From the NCBI GenBank assembly GCA_046757525.1, contig JBHHYI010000002.1, forward strand, positions 19,314 through 83,313: a stretch of DNA of 64,000 bases. The letters are read 5' to 3'. The number at the start of each line of letters is the position of its first letter. Positions within the stretch are counted from its first letter, which is position 1. Under the pieces are notes generated by a model. The model was not told where the DNA came from. It worked only from the letters and a program-made list of their open reading frames with translations, and made no database searches. Positions 58,860-64,000 of this stretch are shown here, piece by piece. A program made the translations under genes and the position numbers. The stretch is from a bacterium. Lineage in GTDB: Bacteria > Zhuqueibacterota > Zhuqueibacteria > Oceanimicrobiales > Oceanimicrobiaceae.

Positions 58860-61154
58860 CTATCTTCTGATCACAGCCACTTTGCCAGTAGACGAAATAC
58901 CGCTCTGGGTGAAAGCCAAAAACACATAGATTCCGCTGGCCACAAGGTCGCCGTCGTCGTCTCTACCGTCCCAAACAACCTGAGCGCCCAGGATTTCTCC
59001 TTCTCTGAATTTTCTAACCAGCGCGCCGGACACGTCGTAGACGCGGACGCTGGCATTGGCGGTCAAGTTGGTGATGGTGAAAACGTTGCCTCTCGACGCG
59101 TCGATGATAAAAGGATTCGGAAACCCTGAAAGCAGGCTGAGATTTTCCTTTGGTTCCGTAAACACGGTTTGCAGCCGAGAAAGGCCGTTGGTGGTGCCCA
59201 CCCAGACTTCGCCAGTCTCCCTGTTAAAAGCAAGCGACAAAACGTTGTTGCTAACCAGAGGACTCTCACCCGCAGTAAAGTTCGAGACCGATGGCCCATT
59301 ATTATTGACGATGCTCAGTCCTGCCACGGTTCCGACCCATTTGTTGTTACTCGCATCGATGCCGATGGTATTGATGTTGTCGTTAATCAAACCAAAACGG
59401 CGACCTACATTACCGCTGAACCAAAAATTAAGCCCCTCGTCCGTTCCGATCCACATGACGCCGTCCCCGTCCACCGCCAACGCGTTGATTCGATCCGAAG
59501 CCAAGCCGTCCTCAGTATTCAGTCCCTGGGAAAAGTTGTCATCGCTTTTGTCGAATATTGTGTTGTCGTAATCCAAAACCCTGACGCCCCGGTTCTCCGT
59601 GCCTATCCACACCCGTTCGAATTGATCAATTTCCAGCGACTTAACAAATATGGTACCAAGGCCTTCATTGGAAGAAAAATGTCCCCAGCGTCCGTCGGCG
59701 GTATTGACGGCCAACACCTGGGTGTTATTGGCGAATTTATTGAGAGCCCAAATGTTGTTGAAATTATCTCTCTTAAGAACGTTAATGACCACGAAAGGCG
59801 GCGTATCGGAACCAGCCAAAATGCCACCGGTGGTGTCGATTTTGGTGAATTTGAAACCATCGTTGCTATCTTCGATGATGGTTATGCCGCCACCCCAACT
59901 GCCAAACCAGATTCGGCCTTCGGAATCCACCAGAACTGTGCGGTAGTCATTGCTCGGAAGACCGGTCTCTCTGCTAAAATTGGTCCAAACTTGGCCGTCG
60001 AACATGTGGATTCCCCGCCTTTGGGAAGCACACCAAAGCCTTCCCTGGGAATCCAGGGCCAGGCTTTTGAAATTGTTGCTGCCAGGGCTGTTGGTCTGAA
60101 ACAGAACCCACGGATTGTTCTCGAAGTCGCTGGACACAAACTCGTATCTTGCCAATCCCACATCTTCCCGTCCGATCCAAACGCGCCCTCGCTCGTCTGC
60201 TTTTAAGGCGGTTGCATCGTTCACAGCGGCCCCCAGTCGGCGCCACTGGTCCGAGTCATCCAACCAGTAGACCCCGGAAGGCCGCAAAATGACGACGGAT
60301 TCGTGCGGGACCACATCGTTCGGGGGCAACCGGTCCATGGCGATGACATCGGTGGGATTCAACCCCGCGTCCAACAATTGCCACTGGCCGCCGACCAAAC
60401 GGGCCACACCAGAAGTGGTGGCAGCGTAAGGAATTGAATCCAGCACAACGACTTTGCGCACAAGATTGCTCGGCAGGCCACTCTCCTGTGTAAACTGCTT
60501 CCAACTGGAGGGCGCCTGGAGATTGGGCAGCGTGAGCGATGACTGGGCAATGCCCTTATCGGTAGACACCCAAATGTCGGTGCCGGAGAGAAATATGGAA
60601 TTGGCCCTGATCTTTTGCACCACGTCTCCGGAGGAGAGACCAAAGTTCTTATAGGTCTCCTTAACTTCCTTTTTGTCGATGGTAAAAAGACTCACACCGA
60701 TGTCCAGGCCCACATAAAGCGAATCTCCAAAGGACACCATGTCGGTGATGATCTGGTCTTTGTAGTCTTCAAACACTTCAAAGGTTTTGGTAGCTGGGTC
60801 CAGGCGATTCAATACTCCGTTGAACAAAGCAAACCAAATTGTACCCTTTTGGTCTTTCGCCACGGAGATAACCTCGTTAGAACTCAGACTCTCGGTGTTG
60901 GTGATCTTGTTGAAGGATTCGTCCATCTGGTCAAACTCCAACACGCCCCCGTTAGACCCGCTCCAAACCGTGTTGCCCACAATTTCAATGTCCTTGATCG
61001 CCCCGACGCTGGTAAAACTCTTCCAATCGGTGATCTGAGCCAGTAGTCTGCCAGCAAATACGAAAAAAAGCGCCAAGGAAATAAGCAAAAGCTTTACTGG
61101 AAACAACCTCAAAAATACACCAAAGATTTGCTTGAATAATTGTGCGGAAATCAT
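58860..61154 (-). CDS. PorZ-like beta-propeller protein with C-terminal FlgD-Ig/T9SS-type domain; start near 61154 (the ORF-track extension overlaps ribH)
   Basis: Reg_prop-type repeats (GLPSN, WIGT, WVGT); C-terminal FPNPF..VYDVSGALVR..WDGRDDDG.LVASGIY..KVAVIR. Confidence 0.8.
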   Translation of the reverse strand: MISAQLFKQIFGVFLRLFPVKLLLISLALFFVFAGRLLAQITDWKSFTSVGAIKDIEIVGNTVWSGSNGGVLEFDQMDESFNKITNTESLSSNEVISVAKDQKGTIWFALFNGVLNRLDPATKTFEVFEDYKDQIITDMVSFGDSLYVGLDIGVSLFTIDKKEVKETYKNFGLSSGDVVQKIRANSIFLSGTDIWVSTDKGIAQSSLTLPNLQAPSSWKQFTQESGLPSNLVRKVVVLDSIPYAATTSGVARLVGGQWQLLDAGLNPTDVIAMDRLPPNDVVPHESVVILRPSGVYWLDDSDQWRRLGAAVNDATALKADERGRVWIGREDVGLARYEFVSSDFENNPWVLFQTNSPGSNNFKSLALDSQGRLWCASQRRGIHMFDGQVWTNFSRETGLPSNDYRTVLVDSEGRIWFGSWGGGITIIEDSNDGFKFTKIDTTGGILAGSDTPPFVVINVLKRDNFNNIWALNKFANNTQVLAVNTADGRWGHFSSNEGLGTIFVKSLEIDQFERVWIGTENRGVRVLDYDNTIFDKSDDNFSQGLNTEDGLASDRINALAVDGDGVMWIGTDEGLNFWFSGNVGRRFGLINDNINTIGIDASNNKWVGTVAGLSIVNNNGPSVSNFTAGESPLVSNNVLSLAFNRETGEVWVGTTNGLSRLQTVFTEPKENLSLLSGFPNPFIIDASRGNVFTITNLTANASVRVYDVSGALVRKFREGEILGAQVVWDGRDDDGDLVASGIYVFLAFTQSGISSTGKVAVIRR

Positions 61155-61182
61155 CTCAACAGAACTAAAAGCGCAATCGATT

Positions 61183-61656
61183 TTACTTGTTCGACAATTG
61201 CTTGAACAGGTCAGCCATTTCGATGCTGGACAATGCTGCATCCCACCCCTTATTTCCAGCTTTAGTTCCAGCCCTTTCAATGGCTTGCTCGATGCTTTCC
61301 GCCGTGATAATACCGTAAGAAATTGGAATGCCACTGGCCACCGCCACCTGGGCGATGCCTTTGGTAGCCTCAGAAGCAATGTAATCAAAATGCGGCGTTT
61401 CGCCACGAATGAGCACGCCCAAACAAATCAGAGCATCGAATCGCCCGGTCTGCACCATCTGGTTTGCTGCCATCGGGATTTCAAAGGAACCTGGCACCCA
61501 AACCACTTCGATGCCCTCTTCGGTGGCCCCGTGACGCCGCAGGCAATCCATGGCCCCTTCGAGTAGTTTCCCGGAAATAAAGTGATTGAATCGGCTAATG
61601 ACTACGCCGAATCGACCTCCTTGAGCTGATAGCTGCCCTTCAAGAGTTTTTGCCAT
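61183..61656 (-). CDS. ribH: 6,7-dimethyl-8-ribityllumazine synthase
   Basis: [37 protein letters not shown]. Confidence 0.97.
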   Translation of the reverse strand: MAKTLEGQLSAQGGRFGVVISRFNHFISGKLLEGAMDCLRRHGATEEGIEVVWVPGSFEIPMAANQMVQTGRFDALICLGVLIRGETPHFDYIASEATKGIAQVAVASGIPISYGIITAESIEQAIERAGTKAGNKGWDAALSSIEMADLFKQLSNK

Positions 61657-62924
61657 TATTCTTGCTCTTCTGCAATTGCTTCTAATAATTGATGTCCGCT
61701 TTGCGCAAAGGAAGCTTCATCGCCGCTTAAGGCGAGCAAATGTCCCAGCTTATTGCGCTTGGTACTGAGGTATTTCGCATTTACTTTGTTGGGAGGAATT
61801 TCAATGGGAACCCGTTCTACGACCTGAAGTCCATATCCGGAAATACCCACGATTTTCTTGGGGTTGTTGGTCAATAGTCGAATCTTACGAATGCCAAGGT
61901 CACAAAGGATTTGGGCGCCCACGCCGTAATGGCGCAAATCGGGCTTGAACCCTAATGCTTCGTTGGCTTCAACCGTGTCCTTGCCCTGGTCCTGCAATTT
62001 GTAGGCCTTGATCTTGTTGGCCAGACCAATGCCCCGGCCTTCCTGCCGCATGTACAAAACCACGCCCTGCCCAGCTTTTTCTATGATTCTAAGAGCCTGG
62101 TGCAACTGCTCCCCACAGTCGCAGCGCAACGAACCAAAGATGTCGCCGGTTAAGCACTGAGAGTGCACTCTCACCAGAGTGGGTTCACCTGTGCTCACAT
62201 CGCCTTTGACCAGGGCCACGTGATGTTGAGAATTGATGTCGCTTTCATACAAATGCAGAACAAAATTGCCGCTTTCCGTGGGCAGTGGCGTGGTGACAAT
62301 ACGACGCACCAGCTTTTCGGTTCTACGGCGATATTCGATCAGGTCCCGAATGGTGATGATTTTTAAACCAAACCGTCTGGCGATTTCCAGCAGCTTGGGA
62401 ACTCTCGCCATGCTGCCATCATCATCCATGATTTCGCAGAGAACTCCGGCTGGATATAGACCGGCCATCCTGGCCAAATCAACCACGGCCTCGGTGTGGC
62501 CTGACCGCACCAACACGCCGCCTTCGCGGGCGCGTAGGGGGAAAATGTGTCCTGGTCGAGCTAAGTCCTGCGGCTTCGTGTTGGCAGAAATAAGCGCCTT
62601 AACCGTCTCAGCGCGATCGAAAGCAGAGATCCCTGTGGTGGTGTTTTCCTTCGCATCGACCGAAACCGTGAAGTAAGTTCGGAGCTTCTCGGTGTTTTCA
62701 TTGACCATAGACTGGAGGTCTAATTCGTCCAACCTCTCTCCGGACATGGGCACACAAATCAAACCACGAGCGTGTTTGGACAAGAAGTTGATTTTTTCAG
62801 GGGTCACCCTTTCCGCAGCCATGATGAAATCGCCTTCGTTCTCCCGATCCTCATCATCCACGACGATTAGGATCTTGCCTTGCTTGAAATCTTCGATTGC
62901 CTCTTCGATTTTGTTAAACATCAT
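61656..62924 (-). CDS. ribBA: Bifunctional DHBP synthase / GTP cyclohydrolase II
   Basis: [54 protein letters not shown]. Confidence 0.97.
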   Translation of the reverse strand: MMFNKIEEAIEDFKQGKILIVVDDEDRENEGDFIMAAERVTPEKINFLSKHARGLICVPMSGERLDELDLQSMVNENTEKLRTYFTVSVDAKENTTTGISAFDRAETVKALISANTKPQDLARPGHIFPLRAREGGVLVRSGHTEAVVDLARMAGLYPAGVLCEIMDDDGSMARVPKLLEIARRFGLKIITIRDLIEYRRRTEKLVRRIVTTPLPTESGNFVLHLYESDINSQHHVALVKGDVSTGEPTLVRVHSQCLTGDIFGSLRCDCGEQLHQALRIIEKAGQGVVLYMRQEGRGIGLANKIKAYKLQDQGKDTVEANEALGFKPDLRHYGVGAQILCDLGIRKIRLLTNNPKKIVGISGYGLQVVERVPIEIPPNKVNAKYLSTKRNKLGHLLALSGDEASFAQSGHQLLEAIAEEQE

Positions 62925-63559
62925 TCAAATCCAATCTCTTGCAGCCACTGTTGCGACAATTTGTTTGAATTAGAGTTCGGCAGAAGGCTTTCAATGTATT
63001 TGCCGATGAGATCGACTTCAATATTGACTTTGTTGCCAACCTTCAGGCTGCCCAAAGTTGTCTTCACCAAAGTATGCGGGATTAACGCAATCGTGGCAAC
63101 ATTTCCCGAGAGTCGCGCCACGGTTAGACTCACGCCGTCGACGGCGATAGAGCCTTCTGAGATTACGTAGCGTGTCAAGCGCGCTGGAAATTCGAGGGCC
63201 ACGAGCTTGCCCCCTGCTTGCGACTGAACGTTAACGATCTGCCCGATGTCATCTACGTGTCCCTGAACAAAATGCCCGCCCATTCTGTCTGAGGGGCGCA
63301 GCGACCTTTCCAGATTGACTTTACTGCCCACAACAATCGAACCAAGGGTGGTCTTTCTCAAGGTTTCCGCCACGGCCTGGACGTCGAAATCTGCGTCAGA
63401 AGTCTTCACGATGGTTAAGCAAACGCCGTTGACGGCAATGCTGTCGTCCACGGCCAAATCGTCCAGCACTCTGGCAGCCGCAATGGTCAATTCCAGAGCC
63501 CCATGACTTTTTTGTGCTCTTTTGACGCTGCCGGTTTCTTCGATCAAGCCGGTAAACAT
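62921..63559 (-). CDS. ribE: Riboflavin synthase (alpha chain)
   Basis: [39 protein letters not shown]. Confidence 0.97.
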   Translation of the reverse strand: MFTGLIEETGSVKRAQKSHGALELTIAAARVLDDLAVDDSIAVNGVCLTIVKTSDADFDVQAVAETLRKTTLGSIVVGSKVNLERSLRPSDRMGGHFVQGHVDDIGQIVNVQSQAGGKLVALEFPARLTRYVISEGSIAVDGVSLTVARLSGNVATIALIPHTLVKTTLGSLKVGNKVNIEVDLIGKYIESLLPNSNSNKLSQQWLQEIGFE

Positions 63560-63563
63560 TTCT

Positions 63564-64000
63564 CTAATGGGTCCTCTTGTGTAAATAACCTAAAAGCAAA
63601 AGGTCGCCGCCGAGTTGCTTTGTTTGCAAATCAAAGAGTTGTAAACCGTCCTGCAAGTGATTTATGCCAAGCTCTTGAATAGCGCTGATTCCGCTACCCA
63701 GGATTTTGGGGGCGATGAATACCGCAATTTTGTCCACCAGATTTGCTTGCAAGGCCGCTGTGTAAATGTGACTGCCGCCTTCAATGAGAACCGAGGTAAC
63801 GCCTCGCTCCCCCATCTTGTTCCACAATGCGGGTAGATCGATTCGGCCCTCCGAATCCGCTTCTGTGACCCAGACCTGTGCGCCCCGTTTGACAAGGCTT
63901 TCGATTTTCTCTGCCGAAGCCTTTTCCGTGGTAACGATCACGGTTTCCCCGGCCAACTCCTTTGACAAAATCCGGGCGCTTAAAGGGATGCGCAACAAAC
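63564..64000 (-). CDS. ribD: RibD reductase domain, 3' part (runs off the window edge)
   Basis: SVLIEGG, LVDKI.VFIAPKILG, GGDLLL; lies directly upstream of ribE. Confidence 0.9.
   Translation of the reverse strand, partial: LLRIPLSARILSKELAGETVIVTTEKASAEKIESLVKRGAQVWVTEADSEGRIDLPALWNKMGERGVTSVLIEGGSHIYTAALQANLVDKIAVFIAPKILGSGISAIQELGINHLQDGLQLFDLQTKQLGGDLLLLGYLHKRTH

Noticed and set aside
2178..60206. Long antisense ORFs (e.g. 2178-3440, 20371-21393, 28787-29683, 43294-44193, 59169-60206)
   Set aside because: Shadow frames opposite well-conserved genes, with no motifs or RBS
61155..61406. N-terminal 84 aa of the 848-aa ORF
   Set aside because: Overlaps ribH in another frame; the signal-peptide-like sequence begins near 61154
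63564..64000. FMN riboswitch for the rib operon
   Set aside because: It would lie upstream of ribD, beyond the window end, so it cannot be assessed

Overview
This is a gene-dense, roughly 50% GC bacterial chromosome segment. Gene content (PorZ/T9SS-like protein, ccmF/H, prkA-yeaH-spoVR, sigma-54 regulation) suggests an FCB-superphylum lineage such as KSB1/Calditrichota; that assignment is inference only. Housekeeping genes are nadC, mce, uvrC, comM, dnaE, recN, an alkaline phosphatase and ribD(partial)-ribE-ribBA-ribH. Accessory or unusual content: (1) a VapBC-like toxin-antitoxin islet; (2) a ~15 kb plus-strand cluster of a Cys-rich leader ORF, cusCBA-type Cu/Ag efflux, ccmF/ccmH, three uncharacterised genes and a His-rich sensor kinase with a sigma-54 activator, where an exact 15-bp motif is shared between the cusC upstream region and the kinase start; (3) a four-gene prkA-yeaH-spoVR-ORF4 operon bounded by a sigma-54-type promoter and a terminator; (4) an unannotated 6S RNA with a near-consensus promoter, plus a second unassigned structured RNA candidate upstream of nuoA; (5) a complex I operon holding only membrane-arm subunits (nuoA,H,J,K,L,M,N), with a REP doublet where nuoI normally lies and a Glu-to-Gly change in NuoK; (6) several dispersed REP/MITE-like repeat families. 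No CRISPR array, tRNA, rRNA or transposase was recognised. All RNA folds and motif matches were made by eye and need computational confirmation.
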